Part shown: positions 19,143-28,324 of the stretch, piece by piece
Layout of the letters: every line of letters begins with the position of its first letter
Position numbering within the stretch: the first letter of the stretch is position 1
NCBI GenBank assembly: GCA_965228875.1
Contig: OZ245843.1
Span: 1,594,616 to 1,658,615 of the forward strand
DNA from: Thalassobaculaceae bacterium
Lineage (GTDB): Bacteria; Pseudomonadota; Alphaproteobacteria; Thalassobaculales; Thalassobaculaceae
Reading direction: 5' to 3'
Length of the DNA: 64,000 bases
Notes under the pieces: model-generated
The model's database searches: none
Told to the model about the DNA's origin: nothing
What the model saw: the letters and a program-made list of their open reading frames with translations, nothing else
Position numbers and translations under genes: made by a program

Positions 19143-21161
19143 ATGACAGAGCCCGGCTTCCCGCCCTCGCCGTTCCACGCCGGCGAGCTCGCCGTCCAGG
19201 AGCGCGCCGGCGTCCGCGACCTGATCGCCGAGATCGGCGCCCGTAACATCAGGCGCTTCATGCCGGATCAGCACCGGCGGTTCTTTGCCGACCTCGACCT
19301 GCTGTTCGTCGGCGCGACCGACGCGGACGGTCAGCCCTGGGCGACGGTGCTGGCCGGGGAGCCGGGCTTCATCGCGTCCCCGAGCCGGACGCGCCTCACC
19401 ATCGACCGGCTGCCGGAACAGGACGACCCGGCCCTTTCCGGGTTCCGCGCCGGCGCGCCGGTCGGCCTGCTCGGCCTGATGCCGGAGAACCGCCGGCGCA
19501 ACCGGGTGAACGGCCGGATCGACGGGCTCACCCCGGGCGGCTTCACTCTCGCCGTCGACCAGAGCTTCGGCAACTGCCCGCAATACATCCACACCCGCAC
19601 GAGGGTGGCGGGCGACACGACGGAGCGGCCTGCGGCGGAGACGCACGATCGCCTGACCGAGGAGATGAAGGCGCGGATCGCCGCGGCGGATACCTTCTTC
19701 ATCGCCAGCCGCTCGCCGGAGGGTGGCGAGACCGGTGCCGGCGTCGATGTCTCGCACCGGGGCGGCCGACCGGGTTTCGTGCGGGTCGCCGATGACGGAG
19801 CGCTGCTGTGGCCGGACTTCTCGGGTAACCGGTTCTTCAACACGCTCGGCAACCTCGCCCTCGACCCGCGCGCCGGCCTGCTGTTCGTGGATTTCGAAAT
19901 CGGAGACGTCCTGCAACTCGCAGGCAACACCGAGACCTTGTGGGACGGACCGGAGCTCACCGCCTTCCGCGGGGCCGAGCGGCTGGTGCGCTTCACGCCG
20001 GCGATGGCGGTTCTGCGCCGTGGCGTCCTGCCGACCCGCTTCGCCCCGCAGGACCCCTCTCCGGTCCTGGTTTCAACCGGAACGTGGGAAGAGGCCGACA
20101 GAACCCTGGCGGCGGTGGCGGATCGCGACACCTACCGCCGTTTCGCCGTCGCCTGCATCGCCGACGAGAGCGAGACGATCCGCTCGTTCTATCTGCGACC
20201 GGCGGATGGCGGCGGCGTCGCTCCGCACGCGGCCGGCCAGTATCTGCCGGTGCGCCTCACCATACCGGGACTGGGCCGGCCGGCACTGCGGACCTACACG
20301 GTCTCCGACGCAGCCCAGCCCGAAACACTGCGCATCTCGGTCAAACGCGAGCCGGAGGGCGTTGTCTCGAGACACCTGCACGATTGCGTCCGGGTCGGCG
20401 ACACGATCGAGGCGATGGCGCCGCGCGGCGATTTCGTGCTGAACACGACGTCCGAGCGGCCGGTGGTACTGCTCTCCGCCGGTGTCGGGATCACGCCGAT
20501 GATCGCCATGCTCAACGAGCTGGTGCGCGAGGGCGCAAGGACCGGGAATTTCCGACAGATCTTCTTCATCCACGGCGCACGCGACGGCTCGGAGCAAGCC
20601 TTCGCGCGACACCTGCACCGGCACGCGCTGTATACGCCCGGCGTGAACCTCCACATCCGCTACAGCCGGCCCCGCGCCCGCGATGTGATCGGCGAGGACT
20701 ACGCCAGCGCCGGCCGGGTCGACCTCGCGCTGGTCCAGGGGTTGCTGCCGTTCGGGGACTACGACTTCTACCTGTGCGGCCCGGGTGCGTTCGTCGCCGA
20801 CCTGCATGCCGGCCTGCGCGGCCTGAATGTGGCAGACGACCGGATCCGCTACGAGTTCTTCGGCCCGTCTTCGCTGCCGAACCATGCCGATACGCCGGAC
20901 GCCGATCCGGCGGAGGTCAGCTTCGCCGAGAGCGGCCGGACGGCGACCTGGACACCGGACAGCGGCTCGCTCCTGGAACTCGCCGAGACGTCGGACGTGG
21001 CGGCGGACTTCTCCTGCCGGTCCGGACGCTGCGGCACCTGCGCGGTACGGGTCCTGTCGGGAGAGGTCGGCTACGCGGCCCCGACCGAGACGCCGCCACC
21101 GGACGGGTACGCCCTGCTCTGCCGGGCATACCCGCTGGGACCGGTGGTACTGGAAGCCTGA
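19143..21161 (+). CDS. Fusion of tandem pyridoxamine-5'-phosphate-oxidase-like FMN domains, an FAD/NAD(P)H reductase and a C-terminal 2Fe-2S ferredoxin
   Basis: PFHAGELAVQ, SFGNCPQYI, DVSHRGGRPGF, RTYTVS, LSAGVGITPM, YLCGP and CRSGRCGTC...LLC motifs. Confidence 0.88.
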   Translation: MTEPGFPPSPFHAGELAVQERAGVRDLIAEIGARNIRRFMPDQHRRFFADLDLLFVGATDADGQPWATVLAGEPGFIASPSRTRLTIDRLPEQDDPALSGFRAGAPVGLLGLMPENRRRNRVNGRIDGLTPGGFTLAVDQSFGNCPQYIHTRTRVAGDTTERPAAETHDRLTEEMKARIAAADTFFIASRSPEGGETGAGVDVSHRGGRPGFVRVADDGALLWPDFSGNRFFNTLGNLALDPRAGLLFVDFEIGDVLQLAGNTETLWDGPELTAFRGAERLVRFTPAMAVLRRGVLPTRFAPQDPSPVLVSTGTWEEADRTLAAVADRDTYRRFAVACIADESETIRSFYLRPADGGGVAPHAAGQYLPVRLTIPGLGRPALRTYTVSDAAQPETLRISVKREPEGVVSRHLHDCVRVGDTIEAMAPRGDFVLNTTSERPVVLLSAGVGITPMIAMLNELVREGARTGNFRQIFFIHGARDGSEQAFARHLHRHALYTPGVNLHIRYSRPRARDVIGEDYASAGRVDLALVQGLLPFGDYDFYLCGPGAFVADLHAGLRGLNVADDRIRYEFFGPSSLPNHADTPDADPAEVSFAESGRTATWTPDSGSLLELAETSDVAADFSCRSGRCGTCAVRVLSGEVGYAAPTETPPPDGYALLCRAYPLGPVVLEA

Positions 21162-21165
21162 GCGC

Positions 21166-22473
21166 CTACCCCTCGACCGGCTCGGTGCCGCACCAGTCGG
21201 CGACGAACAGGGCGATGGCCTTGGTCGACTCCCGGATCGACTCGATGCTCACCCGCTCGTCGAAACCGTGCACGTTCTCCGCGTGAGCGCCGTACACGAG
21301 ACAGGGGATGCCGGCGTAGAGGACGAAGACCCGGCTGTCGATATAAGCGGTGGCGATCCGCTCCTCGAGTTTCGCGCCGGACACCGCCTCGTGCTGCCGC
21401 GCCAGGGTCAGCTCCGCCTCGCTGCCCGGCTCAAGGTCGTAGCCCTCGGTGAAGAAGCCGTTGAACTCGACCTCCGGCGGGCTGTTGGAGAGGAACGGGT
21501 GATTGGCCGAGGCCTTGCGGATCGTGTCCTCGATGTCGCGCGCCATCTCCTGCGGCTTGAAGCCCGGGAAGTAGGAGACCCGGCAGTCGAAGGTGCACCA
21601 GGCCGGCACCGAGGAGGCCCAGTCGCCGCCCTCGATCTTGCCGACGTTCAGGTTGATCGGATGCTTGGCGTCCCTGTAGTTCTTCGTCTCGCCCTTCTTG
21701 GCGTTCCAGCGCGCCTCCAGCTCCTTCAGATCCTTCATCAGGTCGTAGGCGGCAAGGATCGCGTTGGAGCCGCTGCCGGCGGTGGCCACGTGCACCGGGA
21801 AGCCGCGAACATGGACGCGGAACCAGGTCACGCCCATGACGGCGCGGTTCACATGGCCCGAAGACGGCTCGCTGATCAGGCAGGCATCGGCGGTGTAGCC
21901 GCGCACGAGCGTGGCGAGCGCGCCGTTGCCGGTGCTCTCCTCCTCGCAGACGCTTTCCAGATGCACCCGCCCGGCGGGTTGGACGCCGGCCGCCTTCAGC
22001 GCGTCGAGGGCGAACATGTTGGAGACCACGCCGGCCTTCATGTCGCCGGCGCCGCGGCCGTACATCCAGTCGCCCTCGATGCGCGGCTGGTAGGGCGGGC
22101 TCGACCACATGTCGAGCGGGCCTTCGGGCACCACGTCGACATGACCGTTCAGCACCAGGGAGCGCCCGGTCTCGCTGCGCGGTCGGTGCGTGCCGACGAC
22201 ATTCCAGGCGTTGGAATAGTCGACCTTGATCGGCGAGAAGCCTTCGTGGTGCTTGATGTCGTCCTCGCGCACCAGCCAGCGGTCGACGGCGTAGCCGCGC
22301 TTGGCCATGGCCTCGGCCATGAGGTCCTGGGCGAGGTGTTCCTGGCCGCGGATCGACGGGCGGGAAACCAGCTCCTTGGTGAACTCGATCTGAGAGTCGA
22401 AGGCAGCGTCGACGGCGTCGGTAATGCGCTTGGCAAGCGCGGGGTCGAGCTGTCCTGGAGCGGAGGCATTCAT
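21166..22473 (-). CDS. ArgE/DapE-family M20 deacylase
   Basis: NGHVDVVP, GRGAGDMKAG, CEEESTGNG and HGFDERV metal-binding motifs. Confidence 0.9.
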   Translation of the reverse strand: MNASAPGQLDPALAKRITDAVDAAFDSQIEFTKELVSRPSIRGQEHLAQDLMAEAMAKRGYAVDRWLVREDDIKHHEGFSPIKVDYSNAWNVVGTHRPRSETGRSLVLNGHVDVVPEGPLDMWSSPPYQPRIEGDWMYGRGAGDMKAGVVSNMFALDALKAAGVQPAGRVHLESVCEEESTGNGALATLVRGYTADACLISEPSSGHVNRAVMGVTWFRVHVRGFPVHVATAGSGSNAILAAYDLMKDLKELEARWNAKKGETKNYRDAKHPINLNVGKIEGGDWASSVPAWCTFDCRVSYFPGFKPQEMARDIEDTIRKASANHPFLSNSPPEVEFNGFFTEGYDLEPGSEAELTLARQHEAVSGAKLEERIATAYIDSRVFVLYAGIPCLVYGAHAENVHGFDERVSIESIRESTKAIALFVADWCGTEPVEG

Positions 22474-22523
22474 CGTACGATCCTTCGGCCGGTTGGGAGG
22501 GGACGTGGCCGAAGGATCGTACG
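22474..22523 (-). promoter_or_regulatory. 17-bp perfect hairpin sequestering the SD of the ArgE-type gene
   Basis: CGTACGATCCTTCGGCC-N16-GGCCGAAGGATCGTACG-ATG on the minus strand. Confidence 0.65.
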
Positions 22524-22563
22524 GTGCGCGACGGACGCGCAAGACGTGGAAACCGAAAGGGTA

Positions 22564-22905
22564 TCAGGCGGAGATGTCGACGATCTGACCGAGACCGACG
22601 GAGGACGGCGCGACGGCCTGGAGGTCTCCGATCCCCGCCCCCGCCTGACCCGGTCGGGCACTGCCGGTCCGCGGCTCCTGAACCGCGCTGGCGCTCGCCT
22701 CCGTCCCGGTAGCCGGCTTGGCCGGCCCCTGGATCTGGAAGCTCTGCGGGCTGGCGGGCTGGCCCGCCGGGCTGCCGGTCTGAATGGTCGCCGTCTGGAT
22801 GTTGCCCTGGGCCGAGCCCAGGGACTGGTTGGCCTGGACACCCTGGAGCTGGCTCAGCCCCTGGGTTCCGAAGCCGGCGCCGGCACTGATGCCGCTGATC
22901 GCCAT
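22564..22905 (-). CDS. Low-complexity Ala/Gln/Ser/Gly-rich hypothetical protein ending in GLGQIVDISA
   Basis: SD CGGAGGA; GC3-biased codons; C-terminal GxxVDxxA motif. Confidence 0.75.
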   Translation of the reverse strand: MAISGISAGAGFGTQGLSQLQGVQANQSLGSAQGNIQTATIQTGSPAGQPASPQSFQIQGPAKPATGTEASASAVQEPRTGSARPGQAGAGIGDLQAVAPSSVGLGQIVDISA

Positions 22906-23030
22906 GGCACGTCCTCCGTAGAGTTCCCCGTTGTCCTGAGTGAACTATCGGCCGAGGACCTGAAGATTTCGTAAACGTGGAAATTAAATCGTCAGAATGG
23001 CGAAGAAACTTTTGCCATGCGGCGAACCGT

Positions 23031-24005
23031 TCAGTAGCACCCCGCCGTCCGGCCGCGCAGTTTCGCCAGGCCCAGCACCGCGTCGATGGTCGGGGTCGCC
23101 ACGCCGGTCAGCCGGCCGAGTTCCTGCACCGCCGTCACCAGGGCGTCGATCTCCATCGCCCGCCCCCGCTCCAGATCCTGCAGCATCGACGTCTTATGCG
23201 CGCCGACGGCCGCCGCGCCGGCGATCCGCTTGTCGACGTCGATGGCGAACTTCACGCCCAGGGCCTCACCGATGGCCTGTCCTTCCAGCATCATCGCCCG
23301 AGCGACGGCACGGGTTTCCCCGAAGCCGCAGATCTCCTCGAGCGTCGCGCCGGTAAGCGCGCTGATCGGGTTGAACGACAGGTTGCCCCAGAGCTTCACC
23401 CAGATCTCGTCGCGGATGCGGGGCCGGACCGGCGCCTTGAGGCCGCCCGCCCGCATCGCTTCCGACAGCGCCTGCACGCGCCCGGTTTTTTCGCCTGTCG
23501 GCTCGCCCAGGGTGAACCGGTCGCCGTCCTGATGGGTGACGACTCCCGGTTCCTCGATCTCGCAGGCCGGATAGACGACGCAGCCGATCGCCCGCTCCGG
23601 CCCCAGCGTGTCCCACTGCACGCCGCCGGGATCGACGCTTTCCAGACACGTTCCCTCCAGATCGCCGCCGAGGCCGTGAAAATACCACCACGGCACGCCG
23701 TTCACCGCCGTGACCACGGTCGTGCCGTCGTGGAACAGCGCCGTCATGCGCTCCGCAACCGCCGGCACCGAATGGGCCTTCAGCGCGACGATCACGTGGT
23801 CCTGGGGACCGAGTTCCGCCGGATCCTCCGACGCCGCCAGTCTGACCGTGCGGCGCTCACCATCCTTGAGCAGGGTCAGGCCGTTCTCCCGGATCGCCGC
23901 CAGGTGCGGGCCGCGGGCGACAAGGCTGACCTCGCATCCCGCCTCGGCCAGAGAGACGCCAAGATAGCCGCCGATGGCGCCGGCGCCGTAGATGCACACC
24001 CGCAT
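23031..24005 (-). CDS. 2-dehydropantoate 2-reductase family (PanE/ApbA); candidate oxalyl-CoA reductase
   Basis: GAGAIGG, NGVPWWYF, IWVKLWGN..FNPIS and HKTSMLQDLE motifs; co-transcribed with an acyl-CoA ligase. Confidence 0.85.
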   Translation of the reverse strand: MRVCIYGAGAIGGYLGVSLAEAGCEVSLVARGPHLAAIRENGLTLLKDGERRTVRLAASEDPAELGPQDHVIVALKAHSVPAVAERMTALFHDGTTVVTAVNGVPWWYFHGLGGDLEGTCLESVDPGGVQWDTLGPERAIGCVVYPACEIEEPGVVTHQDGDRFTLGEPTGEKTGRVQALSEAMRAGGLKAPVRPRIRDEIWVKLWGNLSFNPISALTGATLEEICGFGETRAVARAMMLEGQAIGEALGVKFAIDVDKRIAGAAAVGAHKTSMLQDLERGRAMEIDALVTAVQELGRLTGVATPTIDAVLGLAKLRGRTAGCY

Positions 24006-24022
24006 CGATCAGTCCTCCCCCA

Positions 24023-25561
24023 TCAGTCTTCGAGGCCGAGCTTCTTGGCCAACCCGATACGCTGCAGCTTGCCGGTGGCGCCTTTCGGAATCTCGTCGAG
24101 GATCACCAGCCTGCGCGGGACCTTGAAGTCAGCGAGGCGGGTGGAGACGAAGTCCTTCAGATCCTGTTCGGTCGCGGACTTGCCCTCGCCGAGCACGACG
24201 GCCGCCCCGACCTCCTCGCCGAGCTTGGGGTGGGCGACGGCGAAGGTGACGGCCTGGGCCACCGCCTCGTGGTCCATCAGCACCTCGTCGACCTCGCGCG
24301 GGGCGATCTTCTCACCGCCCCGGTTGATGATCTCCTTCAGCCGGCCGGTGATGGAGAGATAGCCCTCGGCATCGAATCGGCCCTCGTCCCCCGTTCGGAA
24401 CCAGCGCCCGCCCCCGTCCGGGTCGGCCGGAAAGTTTTCGGCGTTGGCCTGGGGGTTGTTCTCGTAGCCAGCGGTGACGTTGGGACCGCGGATCACGATC
24501 TCGCCGGCCTCGTCCGGGCCGACGAAATTGCCGGCGGCATCCATCAGCCGTATCTCCGGCCCGGCGGCGACGCCGACGGTGCCCGGCTTGCGCGCGGCCG
24601 GCGGCAGCGGGTTGGAGGCCATCTGGTGGGACGCCTCGGTCATGCCGTAGCTCTCGATCACCGGACAGCCGAAGACCTCCTCGAGTTCGCCCATGACCTG
24701 GGGCGGCAGCGAGGACGAGGACGAGCGGATGAAGCGCAGGTTCATCTGCGCGATCTGGTCCCTGTTCCGCGACGCCCGGCTCAGGATCGCCTGATGCATG
24801 GTCGGTACCGCCGTATACCAAGTCGGCTTGACCTCCTCGAACTGCGGGAAGATGCGCAGCGCGTTGAAACCGGGTGCGCAGTGCACCGACGCGCCGGCCC
24901 GCATGGAGGCGCTGACCGCGGCCATCAGGCCGTGAATGTGGAACAGCGGCATGATGTTGAGGCACCGGTCCGCCCGACTCAGCGCCAGGGAGGCCGCGAT
25001 GTGCCCCGCCGAACTCGCCAGGTTGGCGCCGGACAGGGGAACGATCTTCGGGCGCGACGTGGTGCCGGACGTGTGCAGGACCAGGGCCGTGTCTCCCGGA
25101 CCGGCCAAGGGCGCGTCACCTGCCAGCGGGCTCTCGACCGCCAATGTGAAACTGCCCGCCGGGTCGGTCTCGTTCTCGGTCAGTTCGATCACCACCGCCC
25201 CGTGACGCTCTGCGACGGCCCGCGCCGGCGTGTCATCGCCGGCGGCGACGATCACCGCCTTGGCCTTCAGGTCGGAGATGTAGAAGTCGAACTCGTCCTC
25301 GCGGTAGCCGGGGTTCAGCGGTGCGGCGGCCGCGTGGGCGGCGACGGCAAGGAAACACGACGCCATCGCCGGCCCGTTCGCCAGCACGATGCCGACCCGG
25401 TCCCCCGGCGCGATGCCGGCCCCGGCCAGTGCCCGCCCGGTCGCCGCCACCTGCGCGCGCAACGCGGCATAACTCAGGTCGGCGCGCCCCGGCGCCCCGA
25501 TGGCGGGATCGCCATCGGCACCGACCTGAAGCAGCTCAAATACGGTTGTCGGCGTGGCCAT
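24023..25561 (-). CDS. Acyl-CoA synthetase, oxalate--CoA ligase (Pcs60/AAE3)-like
   Basis: LHTSGTTSRPKIVPL, MPLFHIHGL, TWYTAVPTMHQ, LRFIRSSSS, YGMTEASHQM.SNPLPP and PKGATGK motifs. Confidence 0.85.
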   Translation of the reverse strand: MATPTTVFELLQVGADGDPAIGAPGRADLSYAALRAQVAATGRALAGAGIAPGDRVGIVLANGPAMASCFLAVAAHAAAAPLNPGYREDEFDFYISDLKAKAVIVAAGDDTPARAVAERHGAVVIELTENETDPAGSFTLAVESPLAGDAPLAGPGDTALVLHTSGTTSRPKIVPLSGANLASSAGHIAASLALSRADRCLNIMPLFHIHGLMAAVSASMRAGASVHCAPGFNALRIFPQFEEVKPTWYTAVPTMHQAILSRASRNRDQIAQMNLRFIRSSSSSLPPQVMGELEEVFGCPVIESYGMTEASHQMASNPLPPAARKPGTVGVAAGPEIRLMDAAGNFVGPDEAGEIVIRGPNVTAGYENNPQANAENFPADPDGGGRWFRTGDEGRFDAEGYLSITGRLKEIINRGGEKIAPREVDEVLMDHEAVAQAVTFAVAHPKLGEEVGAAVVLGEGKSATEQDLKDFVSTRLADFKVPRRLVILDEIPKGATGKLQRIGLAKKLGLED

Positions 25562-25662
25562 GCGCGTCTCTCCCCGATGCGGTTCTTGTTTGTTGGGGAC
25601 AGCATGGAACCGAACGGGGCGCGGGCGCAACGGCAGGTGTTCGACGCGCCCGGTCCGTTACC

Positions 25663-25700
25663 CGTCACCCCGGCCTGACCGAAAGGTCGCCGGGGTGACG
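25663..25700. repeat. REP-like GC-rich hairpin / possible terminator
   Basis: CGTCACCCCGGC-ct-GACC-GAAA-GGTC-GCCGGGGTGACG downstream of the gluconolactonase stop. Confidence 0.6.
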
Positions 25701-25721
25701 AGGTGAAGCGGAAGCGACCGC

Positions 25722-26858
25722 TCAGGTGATATGGGCGCCGCGGGTCTCCACGTAGACGGCGTAGAGCGACTGGCTCGCCGTCATGAACAGCCGGTTCCGC
25801 TTGGTCCCGCCGAAGCATACGTTGGAACAGATCTCCGGCAGCTTGATCTGGCCGATGCGATCGCCGTTCGGGGCGAAGACATGCACCCCGTCATAGCCGT
25901 CGCCGACCCAGCCGGCGCTCGACCAGACGTTGCCGTCCTCGTCGCAGCGGATGCCGTCGGCGAACCCGACCTTGCCGTCCCATTCCATGCTAGCGAACGT
26001 CCGCGCGTTGGAGAGCTTTTCTCCGTCGATGTCGAACTGCCAGATCTGGCTTTTCGCCTCGGGATAGTGCGACACGCCGGTATCGGCCACGTACAGCTTC
26101 TTGTAGTCGTGGGAGAAGCAGAGCCCGTTCGGCTTGAACGGCTGGTCGGCGACCAGCGTGATCGCGCCGGAGTTGGCGTCGATCCGGTAGACCGCCTCCT
26201 TGCGGTTCGGCTGCACCGAACCGGTGTCGAGCCGGTGTCCCTCGTAGTTCATCAGGCCGCCATAGCCGGGATCGGTGAACCAGATCGACCCGTCATCGGG
26301 ATGGACGACCGCATCGTTCGGCGCATTGAACTCGCCCCCCTCGAAGCTGTCGGCCAGCACCGTGATCGAGCCGTCATACTCGTAGCGCACCACCCGGCGA
26401 TTGCCGTGCTCGCAGGCGATCTGCCGGCCGCGATAGTCGAAGGTGTTGCCGTTCGAGTTGCCCGACGGATAGCGGAAGCGACGAGTCGTCTGCCCCTCCT
26501 CCTCGACCCAGCGCAGCTGCTCGTTATTGGGGATGTCGCTCCAGATCAGGTAGCGGCCCACCCCGTTCCAGGCCGGGCCTTCGGCCCAGAGCGTCCCGGT
26601 ATACAGCCGCTGGATCGGCGTATTGCCGAGCTTGTACTTGAACCGCGGGTCGAGCGGAATGACGTCCGGCTCCGGATAGCGCACGGGGTCGGCGTTTGGA
26701 CCGAAGTTCCGGGCAAAGGCCTCCGGCGCCATCGCCGTCGTCGCGGCGACGGCCGCTGCCGCCGACAGAAACGCACGGCGATTGAAACCGCCGGGCCTGC
26801 CCTCCTCCTCGGACTCCCGACTGTCGCCGCCGGACGGCGGCTGCGAACGCTTGATCAT
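25722..26858 (-). CDS. SMP-30/gluconolactonase family protein with Tat signal
   Basis: SD GGGAGG; FNRRAFLS twin-arginine motif; WAEGPAW, SNGNTFD, NAPND, PNGLCFS and ADGIRCD beta-propeller motifs. Confidence 0.9.
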   Translation of the reverse strand: MIKRSQPPSGGDSRESEEEGRPGGFNRRAFLSAAAAVAATTAMAPEAFARNFGPNADPVRYPEPDVIPLDPRFKYKLGNTPIQRLYTGTLWAEGPAWNGVGRYLIWSDIPNNEQLRWVEEEGQTTRRFRYPSGNSNGNTFDYRGRQIACEHGNRRVVRYEYDGSITVLADSFEGGEFNAPNDAVVHPDDGSIWFTDPGYGGLMNYEGHRLDTGSVQPNRKEAVYRIDANSGAITLVADQPFKPNGLCFSHDYKKLYVADTGVSHYPEAKSQIWQFDIDGEKLSNARTFASMEWDGKVGFADGIRCDEDGNVWSSAGWVGDGYDGVHVFAPNGDRIGQIKLPEICSNVCFGGTKRNRLFMTASQSLYAVYVETRGAHIT

Positions 26859-26970
26859 GATAACCTCCCGATGTTTCTTGCTTTTTGCGACGGTCGCCGG
26901 TCCTGCTGGACGGGCGGCTCGCCGTGCCGGGAAGCCTACACCATCTTTGCGCGTGCGATCAGCGTGAAGT

Positions 26971-28263
26971 TCAGGCGGGCCGGATGTCCTGAGTGCCGCG
27001 CCTGGCATCGAGTTCGCTGGGCTCCAGGTCGCAGTGCAGGACGACGAAGGGAAACTCCTCCTTGACCGCGTCGTGCAGCCGATGCGCGACCGTGCGCAGG
27101 GTGGCGTGCACGGTCTTGCCCGACCGCAGCTCCGCCACGTAGGCCATCTGGCGCAGATCGTAGACCACCCGGCACGGCACCAGCAGGCCGAGCGGCAGAT
27201 AGTTCTGGCGTTCCTCCTCACCGGTCGCCAGACGCTCCGCGGCGGCGCGCAGGTCGGCCATGCGCGGTTCGACCGCGGCCCGGGTCTCAGCCGGAAGGCT
27301 CTCCAGGTACCAGGGGTGGAAGCCGTGCCGCCAGGTCAGCAGCGGCATCTCGCAGTAACCGTTGCGATGACGCTGAAGGTCGCGGAACGACCCGAAGTCC
27401 AGCAGAAACTGACACTCGAACGTCGCGAACGACCCGGCCCTGCGCGGCAGCGGCTCGTATTTCGGCCGGTCGGTGAACACTCGCCGGTCGAGCAGGTCGA
27501 TCCCGCCGTGGTCGGCGGAGCACACATACGCAAACGCGGGATGATCCTCCTGCCCCCTGTAATATGCCCCGGCACCGGCTGCCATCCGGCGATAGGCGGA
27601 CTGCTCGGGATAGTCCTTGTGGCTGAAGGATCCCGGATAGCGATCCTTCAGCCCGGCGAGGATCTCGGCCGCGACCGCGCGGGTCTCGGAGAGCGGATGC
27701 GCCGCGAGATCGCGCAGGTGATCGGCCGCCTGGCGCAGGTTCGTGGTCCACGACAGCTGCGAGTGGATCCCCGCCGGCAGGAAACCGCGGGCGATGTCGA
27801 AGGCTCGCGCCTCAAGCGTCTTGGCCCAGACCGTCTCCTTCACCCCGTCGGGACACGGACGGGTCGCCCGCAGTTCCGCCAGCGTCTCGGCGTTGACCTG
27901 GGCGTACAGGTCGAGCCAGCCGCGGATCACCGCCTCGGAATCGGCGCTGCCGACGGGATCGCTGAAGCCCTGCCGGGAGAAGTCGAGGTACCGGGTCGAG
28001 GTCTCCTGTCCGAAATAGAGCGGCGTGTCCTGGACCGCCTTGCAGGTGAGGATCGAGACGTCCTCGATGAAGACGGTGGTGAACCCGCAGTCGCCGATGG
28101 ACTCGTGGCCGTAGCCGACGTAGTAGCTTTCCATAAACTTGCGAAAGCCGCGCTCCTGCACGCGGGCAAGGTGATCGACCACGCTCGCCGCCGAGCGGCT
28201 GTACAGCGCCTGCAGCATGGCGTTCGCTTCCGGCGTGACCTCGTCCTCGATCACTATCCGCAT
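26971..28263 (-). CDS. thyX: Flavin-dependent thymidylate synthase, long tandem-domain type (430 aa)
   Basis: ALYSRS, YVGYGHESIGD, QETSTRYLDF, FDIARGFLPAG, TNLRQ, LDFGSFRDLQRHR and ELRS..TVH motifs. Confidence 0.8.
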   Translation of the reverse strand: MRIVIEDEVTPEANAMLQALYSRSAASVVDHLARVQERGFRKFMESYYVGYGHESIGDCGFTTVFIEDVSILTCKAVQDTPLYFGQETSTRYLDFSRQGFSDPVGSADSEAVIRGWLDLYAQVNAETLAELRATRPCPDGVKETVWAKTLEARAFDIARGFLPAGIHSQLSWTTNLRQAADHLRDLAAHPLSETRAVAAEILAGLKDRYPGSFSHKDYPEQSAYRRMAAGAGAYYRGQEDHPAFAYVCSADHGGIDLLDRRVFTDRPKYEPLPRRAGSFATFECQFLLDFGSFRDLQRHRNGYCEMPLLTWRHGFHPWYLESLPAETRAAVEPRMADLRAAAERLATGEEERQNYLPLGLLVPCRVVYDLRQMAYVAELRSGKTVHATLRTVAHRLHDAVKEEFPFVVLHCDLEPSELDARRGTQDIRPA

Positions 28264-28324
28264 GGCACGCTTCCCTCGTGCGACCGACATCGAAAACGTG
28301 GACCGATGGCCGCAAACCGATCCC

